From: Gammaproteobacteria bacterium
Lineage (GTDB): Bacteria; Pseudomonadota; Gammaproteobacteria; Eutrophobiales; Eutrophobiaceae
Reading direction: 5' to 3'
Assembly (NCBI GenBank): GCA_965222155.1
Contig: CBDCTH010000004.1
Coordinates: forward strand, 352,001-416,000
DNA: 64,000 nucleotides
The first letter of the stretch is position 1; the number at the start of each line of letters is the position of its first letter. The notes under the pieces were generated by a model. It ran no database searches, had not been told where the DNA came from, and worked only from the letters and a program-made list of their open reading frames with translations. The position numbers were made by a program, and so were the translations under genes. Shown one piece after another: positions 31,976 to 41,871 of this stretch.

Positions 31976-34302
31976 GGTAGCAGCACGCTGTCCCCGTAGC
32001 CGGGTATGGCCTGGTTCAGGAGTTCCGCAGTGCGCTCACCGATACTTCCCAGCCCCTTCAACTGGATCTGTAAAAAGATACCGGTATTGAAATCACCATC
32101 CAGGTTGGACAGGAAACGCCGTCCCACGGCCTTGATTGAAAAACAGCAACCCTCGTATTCCATGCCGAAGAACAGGTCCAGGGAACGCGCCTCGGAGAGC
32201 GCATAATTCCACCGGCCTACGAGATTCAACCTGTCGGTCACGGGCCAACTGAATGACACGTCCGATTGCTCAATGTCCGTCGGGACGCGCCGTATCAGGC
32301 CGGAATCGGCTCGCCTTACCCGGTAAGCCAGGTTGACGACCTTGCTGCCGGGCGGGTCGTATTGCGCTGAAAGCACCATTTTCCGGGTTATGCTGTCTTC
32401 GGTATCCCAGTATAGCTCGGCGCCCACGGTCAGATCATCGCGCAGGTTGGCAGTGGCCTCGACAATCAGGGGTGAAAGCAGGTCATCTTCCGGCGACCCT
32501 ATGTCCACAAGTTCCCCCCGGACGCCCAATATCTGCCTGATGACGTTCTGGTCTTCCAGGTAAAAGGATTGGGCAACCTGGAGAGAAGCGGTTTGCTTGC
32601 CGGTTTCCCGGTTGATCAGCCGGCTGCCCAGGGCCAGCGTGACCTGGTTCGTGTCACCAATCCGGTCATAGCCGCTGAACCTGTTTTCCCGGAACAGGGC
32701 GTTGTAGTCCAGGTTGAAAACGGACGAATCGAATACCGGCAGGTTGGACTGATCCTCGTGGGGTATGTACAGGTAGAAAAGCCTGGGTTCCAGGGTGTGC
32801 AGGTAATCGGTCGATTGCAGCCCCAGGTTGCGCTCCAGGAACACACCGCTGTCAACGCTGACTATCGGCAGGGTCCTGCTGGGGCTTTTGTTGAAAGGGC
32901 CTTGTTCGGTCAGGTTGTACTGGGTATAGCGCATGCCGACTTTGGGAATCAGGTAAGCAGACTGGCTGCGTATGGGATAGCTGATGGACGGATACAGGTC
33001 GGTGCGGAACCCGGTCACGTCTGTCGTGACCCCGGTTTCATCGGTGCGGTCGAAATAAGTGATATCCGATTGCAAGTTGAGATTGATTTTCCTGTTGCCT
33101 GTCAAAGGCCGATACCTGAACTGTACCCGGGGCAGGTTTTTATAGGGCCTGGATATGACCGCGATAGATCGATCGACAACCTGGTAGCTGTGTAACCGGG
33201 CCAGCAAATTCCAGTTCCTTCCCCGGTACGTCAAATCAGCCCGGCGCGGCAGGTAGCGGGTACTGGAAACGGCCAGTTCCGCACCGAAATCCTCCAGGTA
33301 TTCCGGGTCCGATGCCCGGTTATAAATCACGGAAAGCCGGCCCCGATCAAGGAAACTCTGAGTGTGTTCAAAATTGATTATGCTGCGGTCACGGTCGTCA
33401 AAGCCGACGTCGCCGGGCAGGTATTCGATGTTCACGCTGCCCTGCCCCCGGCTGAAAAGATAGCGGTATTCAAGCATGCCCATCACGCCGCTGTTGGCGA
33501 GCACCCTGGGGGTAAAGGTTGCGTCCATGTTGGGTGAGATATTCCAGTAATAGGGTAGCCGGGTTTCAAACCCGCCGTGGCTGTTCTTGCCGATCCCCGG
33601 TGCGAGAAAGCCTGATTTTCGTTCCCGGCTCAGGGGGAAGGTGAAGTAGGGCGCATAGAAGACCGGGATATTCTTTATCTTCAGTACGATGTCCCTGCCC
33701 GAGCCCCGGTTGGTCTCATGGTCGAGGTTCAGTTCACGGGCGGAGATTCCCCAGAAATTTTCTTCAATCCCGCCGCCGTTTTCCGGCGCGCAGGTGGTGA
33801 AGGCCATGTTCTTCCCCGAAGTCAGGGTACCGGGGTCAATGAACATTTCTTCAGCCTCGCCCCAGGCGCCGCTGTCAGGGATGTAGTATCGGGCTGCGTT
33901 CGCCCTTGCCGTATTGTCGTTCAGGTCGATGTGGGCGCGGTCACCGTCAAGGAACAGGGATTCTTCCCAGAACTTCACGTCGCCGGACAGGTCAACGTAA
34001 TTCCCGGCATCGTTATGGACCGCTTCATCCGCCCGCGCCGACCAGGTATCCGTGGTCATTTCGACGGAACCCACAAGCTGCGACACGCCTTTTTCCAGCA
34101 GGTCTATCTGGTCGGCATTGACATAGGTATCGCCTTCCTCCAGATCAACATCAACCACCGGCCTGTCGGGGATCTGGAACACCACCGGGCAATACGGCCC
34201 GGTGGCAGGCGTCTCCTGCGCCGCTGCAGTGGTACCCCACAACATGGGAAATAAAATAAGGAGCCGCCAAAGGCGGCACGTCGTTCCACTGGATTCCGGC
34301 AT
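31972..34302 (-). CDS. lptD: LPS-assembly outer membrane protein LptD (start uncertain; ORF extends in frame to 35814 through a repeat tract)
   Basis: FTTC, RKSGFLAP, PYYWNISPN, LEPRLFYLY, LFRENRFSGYDR; signal peptide ending TTAAA; ATG 34302 gives a typical ~776 aa. Confidence 0.9.
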   Translation of the reverse strand: MPESSGTTCRLWRLLILFPMLWGTTAAAQETPATGPYCPVVFQIPDRPVVDVDLEEGDTYVNADQIDLLEKGVSQLVGSVEMTTDTWSARADEAVHNDAGNYVDLSGDVKFWEESLFLDGDRAHIDLNDNTARANAARYYIPDSGAWGEAEEMFIDPGTLTSGKNMAFTTCAPENGGGIEENFWGISARELNLDHETNRGSGRDIVLKIKNIPVFYAPYFTFPLSRERKSGFLAPGIGKNSHGGFETRLPYYWNISPNMDATFTPRVLANSGVMGMLEYRYLFSRGQGSVNIEYLPGDVGFDDRDRSIINFEHTQSFLDRGRLSVIYNRASDPEYLEDFGAELAVSSTRYLPRRADLTYRGRNWNLLARLHSYQVVDRSIAVISRPYKNLPRVQFRYRPLTGNRKINLNLQSDITYFDRTDETGVTTDVTGFRTDLYPSISYPIRSQSAYLIPKVGMRYTQYNLTEQGPFNKSPSRTLPIVSVDSGVFLERNLGLQSTDYLHTLEPRLFYLYIPHEDQSNLPVFDSSVFNLDYNALFRENRFSGYDRIGDTNQVTLALGSRLINRETGKQTASLQVAQSFYLEDQNVIRQILGVRGELVDIGSPEDDLLSPLIVEATANLRDDLTVGAELYWDTEDSITRKMVLSAQYDPPGSKVVNLAYRVRRADSGLIRRVPTDIEQSDVSFSWPVTDRLNLVGRWNYALSEARSLDLFFGMEYEGCCFSIKAVGRRFLSNLDGDFNTGIFLQIQLKGLGSIGERTAELLNQAIPGYGDSVLLP

Positions 34303-35788
34303 ACGCCGGAATGACGACTCTCGCTTACATCCCTGCATCATGGCGCATGCCGTGATCCAGTGCAGCCTCCGCCCCATCATTCCGGCGTATGCGGTGATCC
34401 AGTGCAGCCTCCGCCCCGTCATTCCGGCGTATGCCGTGATCCAGTACAGCCTCTGCGCCGTCATGCCGGCGCATGTCGTGATCCGGTGTAGCCTCTGCGC
34501 CGTCATGCCGGCGTATGCCGTGATCCCGTGCAGCCTCCGCGCCGTCATGCCGGCGCATGTCGTGATCCCGTACAGTCGCCGCGCCGTCATGCCGGCGCAT
34601 GCGGTGATCCCGTACAGTCGCCGCGCCGTCATGCCGGCGCATGCGGTGATCCAGTGCAGCCTCCGCGCCGTCATGCCGGCGCATGCGGTGATCCAGTGCA
34701 GCCTCCGCCCCGTCATGCCGGCGTATGCCGTGATCCGGTACAGCCTCTGCGCCGTCATGCCGGCGCATGCGGTGATCCAGTGCAGCCTCCGCGCCGTCAT
34801 TCCGGCGTATGCCGTGATCCCGTACAGTCGCCGCGCCGTCATGCCGGCGCATGCGGTGATCCAGTGCAGCCTCCGCCCCGTCATGCCGGCGTATGCCGTG
34901 ATCCCGTACAGTCGCCGCGCCGTCATGCCGGCGCATGCCGTGATCCAGTGCAGCCTCTGCGCCGTCATGCCGGCGTATGCCGTGATCCCGTACAGTCGCC
35001 GCGCCGTCATGCCGGCGCATGCCGTGATCCAGTGCAGCCTCTGCGCCGTCATGCCGGCACATGCCGTGATCCCGTACAGTCGCCGCGCCGTCATGCCGGC
35101 GCATGCCGTGATCCAGTGCAACCTCCGCCCCGTCATGCCGGCGCATGCCGTGATCCCGTGCAGCCTCTGCGCCGTCATGCCGGCGCATGCGGTGATCCAG
35201 TGCAGCCTCCGCGCCGTCATGCCGGCGTATGCCGTGATCCCGTACAGCTTCCGCGCCGTCATGCCGGCGCATGCCGTGATCCCGTGCAGCCTCTGCGCCA
35301 TCATTCCGGCGTATGCCGTGATCCCGTGCAGCCTCTGCGCCGTCATGCCGGCGCATGCCGTGATCCCGTACAGTCGCCGCGCCGTCATGCCGGCGCATGC
35401 CGTGATCCCGTGCAGCCTCTGCGCCGTCATGCCGGCGTATGCCGTGATCCGGTACAGCTTCTGCGCCGTCATGCCGGCGTATGCCGTGATCCGGTACAGC
35501 CTCTGCGCCGTCATGCCGGCGCATGCCGTGATCCCGTGCAGCCTCTGCGCCGTCATGCCGGCGCATGCCGTGATCCCGTGCAGCCTCTGCGCCGTCATGC
35601 CGGCGCATGCCGTGATCCAGTGCAACCTCCGCCCCGTCATGCCGGCGCATGCCGTGATCCGGTACAGCCTCTGCGCCGTCATGCCGGCGCATGCGGTGAT
35701 CCAGTACAGCTTCCGCCCCGTCATGCCGGCGTATGCCGTGATCCCGTACAGCCTCTGCGCCGTCATTCCGGCGTATGCCGGAATCCAG
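34289..35788. repeat. ~35 units of a degenerate 42-bp tandem repeat derived from REP family 2, bounded by two intact oppositely oriented REPs
   Basis: Unit GTCATGCCGGCGYATGCSGTGATCCvGTRCAGyCkCyGCGCC; intact REPs near 34289-34315 and 35762-35788. Confidence 0.95.
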
Positions 35789-35814
35789 TAAGACACATTA
35801 TTCATTATATTCAT

Positions 35815-36381
35815 TCACGCCTTCGGCAGTGTTACCCCTGTCTGGCCCTGGTATTTCCCCTTCCTGTCCTTATAAGACGTCTCGCACGCCTCATCGGATT
35901 GCAGGAAGATCACCTGGGCGACGCCCTCGTTGGCATACACCTTGGCCGGCAGTGGCGACGTATTGGAAAATTCGAGGGTGACGTGACCCTCCCATTCCGG
36001 TTCCAGCGGCGTCACGTTGACGATGATGCCGCAACGGGCATAGGTGGATTTGCCCAGGCATATCGTCAGCACATCTCGGGGGATGCGGAAATACTCGACG
36101 GTGCTGGCCAGGGCGAACGAATTGGGCGGGATGATGCACACGTCCCCCTTGAAGTCCACGAAACTGTTTTCATCGAAATTTTTCGGATCGACGATAGCAG
36201 AATTGATATTAGTGAATATCTTAAACTCATCCGAGCAGCGAATGTCATAGCCGTAACTGGAGGTGCCGTAGGACACCAGCGAGGTGGAACCGTTATGTTT
36301 GATCTGCCGGGGAGTAAAAGGTTCAATCAGGCCCCGGGTTTGCGCCATCTCGCGTATCCATTTATCGCTTTTTACCGGCAT
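35815..36381 (-). CDS. dcd: dCTP deaminase
   Basis: [28 protein letters not shown]. Confidence 0.95.
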   Translation of the reverse strand: MPVKSDKWIREMAQTRGLIEPFTPRQIKHNGSTSLVSYGTSSYGYDIRCSDEFKIFTNINSAIVDPKNFDENSFVDFKGDVCIIPPNSFALASTVEYFRIPRDVLTICLGKSTYARCGIIVNVTPLEPEWEGHVTLEFSNTSPLPAKVYANEGVAQVIFLQSDEACETSYKDRKGKYQGQTGVTLPKA

Positions 36382-37473
36382 TCAGGCATTCTCGACGACG
36401 ATTTTTGGGAATTTGCTACTGAAGTCTTTCGCCCGCAACGATAATCTCGCCGCGGCCTTGCGGGCGATGGCCCGGTAAATCCCGGCAAGGGGCGAATCCG
36501 GGTTCATCGCCACGGTCGGACGCCCGTTGTCCGCGCCCTCGCGGATACTGATGTCCAGGGGCAGGGAACCCAGCAGACCGACGTCATATTGTTCGGCCAT
36601 CTGCTTCCCGCCGCCGCTGCCGAAGATGTGTTCTTCATGACCGCAGTTGCTGCAGATATGGGTGCTCATGTTTTCCACGACGCCCAGCACCGGCACCTCC
36701 ACCTTTTCAAACATCTTCAGCCCCTTGCGCGCATCGAGCAGGGCGATATCCTGGGGCGTGGTCACGATGATCGCCCCGGAGACCGGAATTTTCTGGCACA
36801 GGGTCAACTGGATGTCGCCGGTGCCCGGCGGCAGGTCTATGACCAGGTAATCCAGGTCCGACCAGTTGGTGTCGCCCAGCAACTGCTCCAGCGCCGAGGT
36901 GACCATGGGGCCGCGCCATATCATCGGCGTTTCCTCATTGACCAGGTAGCCGATGGACATGGATTGCAGGTGGTAACTGACGTTCGGTTCGATGGATTTG
37001 CCGTCAGGGCTGTCCGGCTTGGCGCGGCAACCGAGCATGCGCGGCTGGCTCGGGCCGTAGATATCCGCATCCAGGATGCCCGTCTTTGCCCCTTCCGCAT
37101 GCAGCGACAACGCCAGGTTGACGGCCGTCGTCGATTTGCCCACGCCGCCTTTGCCGGAGGCGACGGCAATCGTATTCTTGATATTGTCTACGGGTTTCAC
37201 GCCGCGCTGTACGGCATGGGATTTGATCTCCGTGGTGAAGCTCAGGTCAATCCCCTGCACACCCGGGATTTGCCGTAACCGCTCGGTGACGGCATCCCGC
37301 AGCGTGTCGATGTAACCGTTTGCCGGATAACCCATTTGCAGGGAAAGTCTGATATTATCTCCGTCAATCTGTATATCTTTCACCATATCGGCAGAGACGA
37401 TGTCCTTTTCCAGGTTGATGTCCTGCACTCCGGTCAGGGCTGTTTTGATTGCATCTGGGCTTGTATTTAGCAT
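36382..37473 (-). CDS. apbC: Fe-S cluster carrier ApbC/Mrp
   Basis: SGKGGVGKST, DADIYGPS, DLPPGTGD, CSNC. Confidence 0.95.
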   Translation of the reverse strand: MLNTSPDAIKTALTGVQDINLEKDIVSADMVKDIQIDGDNIRLSLQMGYPANGYIDTLRDAVTERLRQIPGVQGIDLSFTTEIKSHAVQRGVKPVDNIKNTIAVASGKGGVGKSTTAVNLALSLHAEGAKTGILDADIYGPSQPRMLGCRAKPDSPDGKSIEPNVSYHLQSMSIGYLVNEETPMIWRGPMVTSALEQLLGDTNWSDLDYLVIDLPPGTGDIQLTLCQKIPVSGAIIVTTPQDIALLDARKGLKMFEKVEVPVLGVVENMSTHICSNCGHEEHIFGSGGGKQMAEQYDVGLLGSLPLDISIREGADNGRPTVAMNPDSPLAGIYRAIARKAAARLSLRAKDFSSKFPKIVVENA

Positions 37474-37553
37474 GGGGGATCGGTATGTCGGTTAGTAAAC
37501 GGATATTTTACATGAATTTTGCCGGTCAAGCCGGAAAAAAAGAGGCCTCCCGT

Positions 37554-37680
37554 ACCATTCCTGCGAAAGCAGGAATCCATTTGTCGGGCCTTTTTCTGGA
37601 TTCCTGCCCCTGCTCAACAGCATACAGGGGTAAACTTTCGCAAATGGCTACGGGGCAGGAATGGTACGGGGCAGGAATGG
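37554..37680. repeat. REP family-2 pair with duplicated outer arm
   Basis: CATTCCTGCGAAAGCAGGAATCCA ... CTGGATTCCTGC ... GGGGCAGGAATGG x2. Confidence 0.6.
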
Positions 37681-37705
37681 CAACGAGGGCCTTGGTACTG
37701 ATAAG

Positions 37706-39736
37706 ATGACAACCCTACAACGCAAAATCTTTGTGACCAGCGCATTGCCCTATGCGAACGGGTCGATTCATATCGGCCACCTGCTGGAGGCGATACAAAC
37801 GGATATCTGGGTGCGGTTTCAGAAAGTCCGGGGCCACGAGTGCCTGTATATCTGCGCCGACGATGCCCACGGCACGCCGATCATGCTGAGCGCCGACCAG
37901 CAGGGCATTACTCCGGAACAACTGATTGCCCGGATCCACGCGCAGCACCAGCAGGATTACGCCGGCTTTGAGGTCGGCTTTGACAACTTCCATACCACCC
38001 ATTCCGAGGAAAACCGGGAAGTCGCGGAGGCGATATATGCGCGCCTCGATGGCGCCGGCCATATCAAGCGCCGCACCATCAGCCAGTTTTATGACCCGGT
38101 GAAACAAATGTTTCTGCCCGACCGGTTCATCCGCGGCGAATGCCCGTTCTGCCGCGCCCAGGATCAGTACGGTGACAGTTGCGAGTCCTGCAATCGGACC
38201 TACACGCCCACGGACCTGGTTAACCCCGTTTCCTCCATATCCGGCGCAACGCCGGTCAAAAAGGAATCCGAGCATTATTTCTTTGATCTCCCGGCGTTCG
38301 AGACCATGCTGCGGGACTGGGTCGGCGCCGGGCATTTGCAGCCCGAGGTCGCCAACAAGCTGGACGAATGGTTTGAGGCCGGCTTGAAGGAATGGGACAT
38401 CTCCCGTGACGCGCCGTATTTCGGCTTCGAGATCCCCGGCGCGCCCGGCAAGTATTTTTACGTATGGGTCGACGCGCCCATGGGCTACTTCGCCAGCCTG
38501 AAGAACCTGTTGGACCGGCAGGGGAGGGACCTGGAGGAGTACACGGGCGCAGACAGCAACGTCGAGATGTACCATTTTATCGGCAAGGACATCATGTACT
38601 TCCATACCCTGTTCTGGCCGGCCGTGTTGCGCGGCAGCGGCCATCGCCTGCCGAACAATGTCTTCGTCCATGGCTTTCTCACGGTCGACGGGCAGAAAAT
38701 GTCGAAATCCCGCGGCACGTTCATCAACGCCCGGACCTACCTGGATCACCTGGACCCGGAATACCTGCGCTATTATTTTGCCGCAAAATCAGGCAGCGGC
38801 GTGGATGATATCGACCTGAGCCTGGAGGATTTCCGCCAGCGCGTGAACGCCGACCTGGTCGGCAAGGTGGTCAACCTCGCCAGCCGGTGCGCGGGTTTTA
38901 TCCATAAACGTTTTGTCGGGAAACTGGCCGCAGCCATCCATGACGAAGCGCTGCTGCAGGAATTCACCGACACAAGCCAGGCTGTCGCGGCGGCCTATGA
39001 AGCCCGGGAATACGGCCGCGCCATGCGCGAGATCATGGGCTTGGCCGACAAGGCTAACCAGTACATAGACCGGCACAAGCCCTGGGAAATCGCCCGGCAG
39101 GACTCCGGTTCAGCCGAGTTGCAACAGGTCTGTTCTCTGGGTATAAACCTGTTCCGCATACTCATCATCTACCTGAAGCCGGTCCTGCCCGGCATGGCCC
39201 AGCGCGCCGAGGCATTCCTGGCCATCGACCCGCTTGCCTGGGACGACCTGGCAATGCCGTTGCTCGACCACCCGATAACGAAATTCAAGCCACTCCTCAC
39301 CCGGGTGGAACAAGACAGGATCGATGCCATGATTGAAGACAGTAAACAAGACCTTGAAGCTACGGACACCGGCACAGGTAATAAATATCTGGTCGACGAC
39401 CCCGTTGGTGCCGAGATCAGCATTGATGACTTTGCCCGGATAGACCTGCGCGTGGCAAAAATCACCCATGCCGCCCACGTAGAGGGCGCGGATAAATTAC
39501 TCCAACTGACCCTGGACCTGGACGGCGAGACCCGGAACGTATTCGCCGGGATCAAGTCCGCCTACCAGCCGCAAGACCTGGTCGGCAAGCTGACGGTAAT
39601 GGTGGCAAACCTCACCCCCAGGAAAATGCGCTTCGGCATCTCCGAGGGCATGGTGCTCGCCGCCGGTCCGGGCGCCGACGAAATATTCATCCTGACCCCC
39701 GACCCGGGCGCCAGACCCGGCATGAAAGTCAAGTGA
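37706..39736 (+). CDS. metG: Methionyl-tRNA synthetase
   Basis: HIGH and KMSKS motifs, Zn knuckle, C-terminal tRNA-binding domain. Confidence 0.97.
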   Translation: MTTLQRKIFVTSALPYANGSIHIGHLLEAIQTDIWVRFQKVRGHECLYICADDAHGTPIMLSADQQGITPEQLIARIHAQHQQDYAGFEVGFDNFHTTHSEENREVAEAIYARLDGAGHIKRRTISQFYDPVKQMFLPDRFIRGECPFCRAQDQYGDSCESCNRTYTPTDLVNPVSSISGATPVKKESEHYFFDLPAFETMLRDWVGAGHLQPEVANKLDEWFEAGLKEWDISRDAPYFGFEIPGAPGKYFYVWVDAPMGYFASLKNLLDRQGRDLEEYTGADSNVEMYHFIGKDIMYFHTLFWPAVLRGSGHRLPNNVFVHGFLTVDGQKMSKSRGTFINARTYLDHLDPEYLRYYFAAKSGSGVDDIDLSLEDFRQRVNADLVGKVVNLASRCAGFIHKRFVGKLAAAIHDEALLQEFTDTSQAVAAAYEAREYGRAMREIMGLADKANQYIDRHKPWEIARQDSGSAELQQVCSLGINLFRILIIYLKPVLPGMAQRAEAFLAIDPLAWDDLAMPLLDHPITKFKPLLTRVEQDRIDAMIEDSKQDLEATDTGTGNKYLVDDPVGAEISIDDFARIDLRVAKITHAAHVEGADKLLQLTLDLDGETRNVFAGIKSAYQPQDLVGKLTVMVANLTPRKMRFGISEGMVLAAGPGADEIFILTPDPGARPGMKVK

Positions 39737-39754
39737 TTGCTTGTCCCAGCCACT

Positions 39755-40117
39755 GGCGCCTCCCCCCGTCGTCTTACCGGCGTCTCCCCCCGTCGCCTTA
39801 CCGGCGTCTCCCCCCGTCGCCTTACCGGCGTCTCCCCCCGTCGCCATGCCGGCGCCTCCCCCCGTCGCCATGCCGGCGCCTCCCCCCGTCGCCTTACCGG
39901 CGTCTCCCCCCGTCGCCATGCCGGCGCCTCCCCCCGTCGCCTTACCGGCGTCTCCCCCCGTCGCCTTACCGGCGTCTCCCCCCGTCGCCTTACCGGCGTC
40001 TCCCCCCGTCGCCTTACCGGCGCCTCCCCCCGTCGCCTTACCGGCGTCTCCCCCCGTCGCCTTACCGGCGCCTCCCCCCGTCGCCTTACCGGCGCCTCCC
40101 CCCGTCGCCTTACCGGC
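39755..40117. repeat. ~15 units of a 24-bp C-rich tandem repeat CCGGCGYCTCCCCCCGTCGCC(TTA/ATG)
   Basis: Read directly after the metG stop, in front of a family-2 REP. Confidence 0.92.
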
Positions 40118-40129
40118 GACCGCTTTATC

Positions 40130-40316
40130 GTCATTCCGGCGAATGCCGGAATCCAGTCCGATAACGTGTCTCCCCTGGCTTACGACATGCCGGGGCAGGC
40201 TCCGGCGACGCTTTGTTCTACTGGATTTCCGTCCTTTGGTCCGTTGACGGCACATCCGTGTGCCACTACTCGGCCTTCGCCGGAATGACGACGGAGGGAG
40301 TCACCGGCATGGCGAC
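40130..40316. repeat. Composite REPIN (family 2) with nested inserts
   Basis: GTCATTCCGGCGAATGCCGGAATCCAG ... GGCTTACGACATGCCGGGGCAGG ... GCCGGAATGAC. Confidence 0.7.
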
Positions 40317-40354
40317 AAGGGCAACGGGCCAAAATTTTTCCGATTGGTTCAGTC

Positions 40355-40936
40355 ATGACTGAATTATCATTCATCTTCCTGGCCGCCTGCCTGGCGAACA
40401 ACCTGGTGACCGACCACCTGCTCGGCGTGAGCCCCATGCTGGCGGCCGCGCAGAAAATCGACATTGCCGTGGATATGGCACTGGCCGTCACAGGCATCAC
40501 CACCCTGGTGGCGTTTATTTCCTGCCTGCTGGACACCTTGTTCATTACCCCCCTGCACCTGGAAAACTACCGGTTGATCATCATGGTCATGACCGTCGTG
40601 TGCGTCTGCCAGTTATCCCGGAAAATACCGGGCGGGTATTTCCCCCGACTGTTTGACCGGGACGGCCGGTTCTATCCGCTGTTGCTGATGAATTGCGCGT
40701 TACTGGGCGTCATACTGCTCAACGCGCAACAGGGGATCAGCCTGCTCGGCGCGCTGTTTTTCGGCGCCGGCGCCGGCCTGGGCTTCTCCCTGGTATTACT
40801 GAGCTTCAGCGCCATAAACCAGCGCCTGATCGTCACCGACCTACCCGCCCCATTCAAAGGCCTCCCCCTGCAAATGGTCACCCTGGGCATCATCTCCCTG
40901 GCCTTCTCAGGCTTCACCAGCCTGATAAAAACGTAA
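40355..40936 (+). CDS. rnfA: Rnf/Rsx complex subunit A
   Basis: ANNLV..LLGVSP, PLLLMNCALLG, PAPFKGLP, LAFSGF. Confidence 0.85.
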   Translation: MTELSFIFLAACLANNLVTDHLLGVSPMLAAAQKIDIAVDMALAVTGITTLVAFISCLLDTLFITPLHLENYRLIIMVMTVVCVCQLSRKIPGGYFPRLFDRDGRFYPLLLMNCALLGVILLNAQQGISLLGALFFGAGAGLGFSLVLLSFSAINQRLIVTDLPAPFKGLPLQMVTLGIISLAFSGFTSLIKT

Positions 40937-40944
40937 TGCTGGAA

Positions 40945-41049
40945 CTCTCCTAATTTGGGACACCCATAAATTGGCTCTCCTAATTTGGGACACCCATAAA
41001 TTAGAGGCACCTGATTTTTTCGATACAATTTATGGGTGTCCTGAATTAG
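40945..41049. repeat. Family-1 element: duplicated ~30-bp left arm plus right arm
   Basis: CTCTCCTAATTTGGGACACCCATAAATT x2 ... TTTATGGGTGTCCTGAATTAG. Confidence 0.9.
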
Positions 41050-41077
41050 GCATGTTGCCTGATACGGCAGTGAGATA

Positions 41078-41590
41078 ATGTTGGAATTGATAATTGTTAC
41101 CCTGGCGCTTTATTTGCTGGCGCAGTCAGCGGCTGTGTTGTTATCCGCAGCAGGCGACACAAATACACGCGCCGGGGAAGAAACCATCAAGGCGCTGGAC
41201 GCGTTGCTGCCCCAGACCCAATGTGGCGATTGCGGCTATCCCGGATGCCTGCCTTATGCCAGGGCAATCGCTGAGCAGGACATCCCGCTAAACTTATGCC
41301 CCCCCGGCGGCGCAGTCACAGTCAGGAAACTGGAGAAATTACTCGGCATGACGTCTTACCGGCATATTGCCCCGGTGACGCCCGAAAATACCATTGCCCT
41401 GATAGACGAAGAAACCTGCATCGGCTGCGTAAAGTGCATTGACGCCTGCCCCGTCGATGCCATCGTCGGCAGCGCCAAACAACTGCACGCAGTCATCCCC
41501 GAATATTGCACAGGTTGCAAACTATGCCTGCCCCCCTGCCCGGTAGACTGCATCTCAATGATCCCCCATATTAATCCGGGACACTCATAA
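41078..41590 (+). CDS. rnfB: Rnf/Rsx complex subunit B
   Basis: [14 protein letters not shown] and two ferredoxin CxxCxxCxxxCP motifs. Confidence 0.93.
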   Translation: MLELIIVTLALYLLAQSAAVLLSAAGDTNTRAGEETIKALDALLPQTQCGDCGYPGCLPYARAIAEQDIPLNLCPPGGAVTVRKLEKLLGMTSYRHIAPVTPENTIALIDEETCIGCVKCIDACPVDAIVGSAKQLHAVIPEYCTGCKLCLPPCPVDCISMIPHINPGHS

Positions 41591-41826
41591 AAATCGGGAT
41601 ACTCCTGATTTGTAAGATGCCTAATCCAGGACATCCATAAAATCGGGATACGCCTGGTTTTTATACGATGCAATTTATGGGTGTCCTGAATTAGACTATT
41701 TTTACGTTCCATTATATGGGTGTCCTGAATTAGTCTTCCTGAATTAGCTCTGAATCAGCTTATGCAATTTATGGGTGTCCTGAATTAGTGTCCTGAATTA
41801 GTGTCCTGAATTAGCTTCTGAATTAG
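41575..41826. repeat. Family-1 element cluster including (GTGTCCTGAATTA)x3
   Basis: Degenerate left arms (GGACACTCAT, GGACATCCAT) followed by several right arms. Confidence 0.88.
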
Positions 41827-41871
41827 GATAATATGCAGTGATATTGTGCTTATTTTCGGAGCAGTGGCGGT

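Noticed and set aside
34202-36444. Long alternative ORFs over the 42-bp array (529, 455, 638 aa), or a CRISPR reading of it
   Set aside because: Stop-free repeat frames; the variable positions are recurrent polymorphisms, not spacers
39497-40288. Five overlapping low-complexity ORFs
   Set aside because: All derive from the 24-bp tandem repeat
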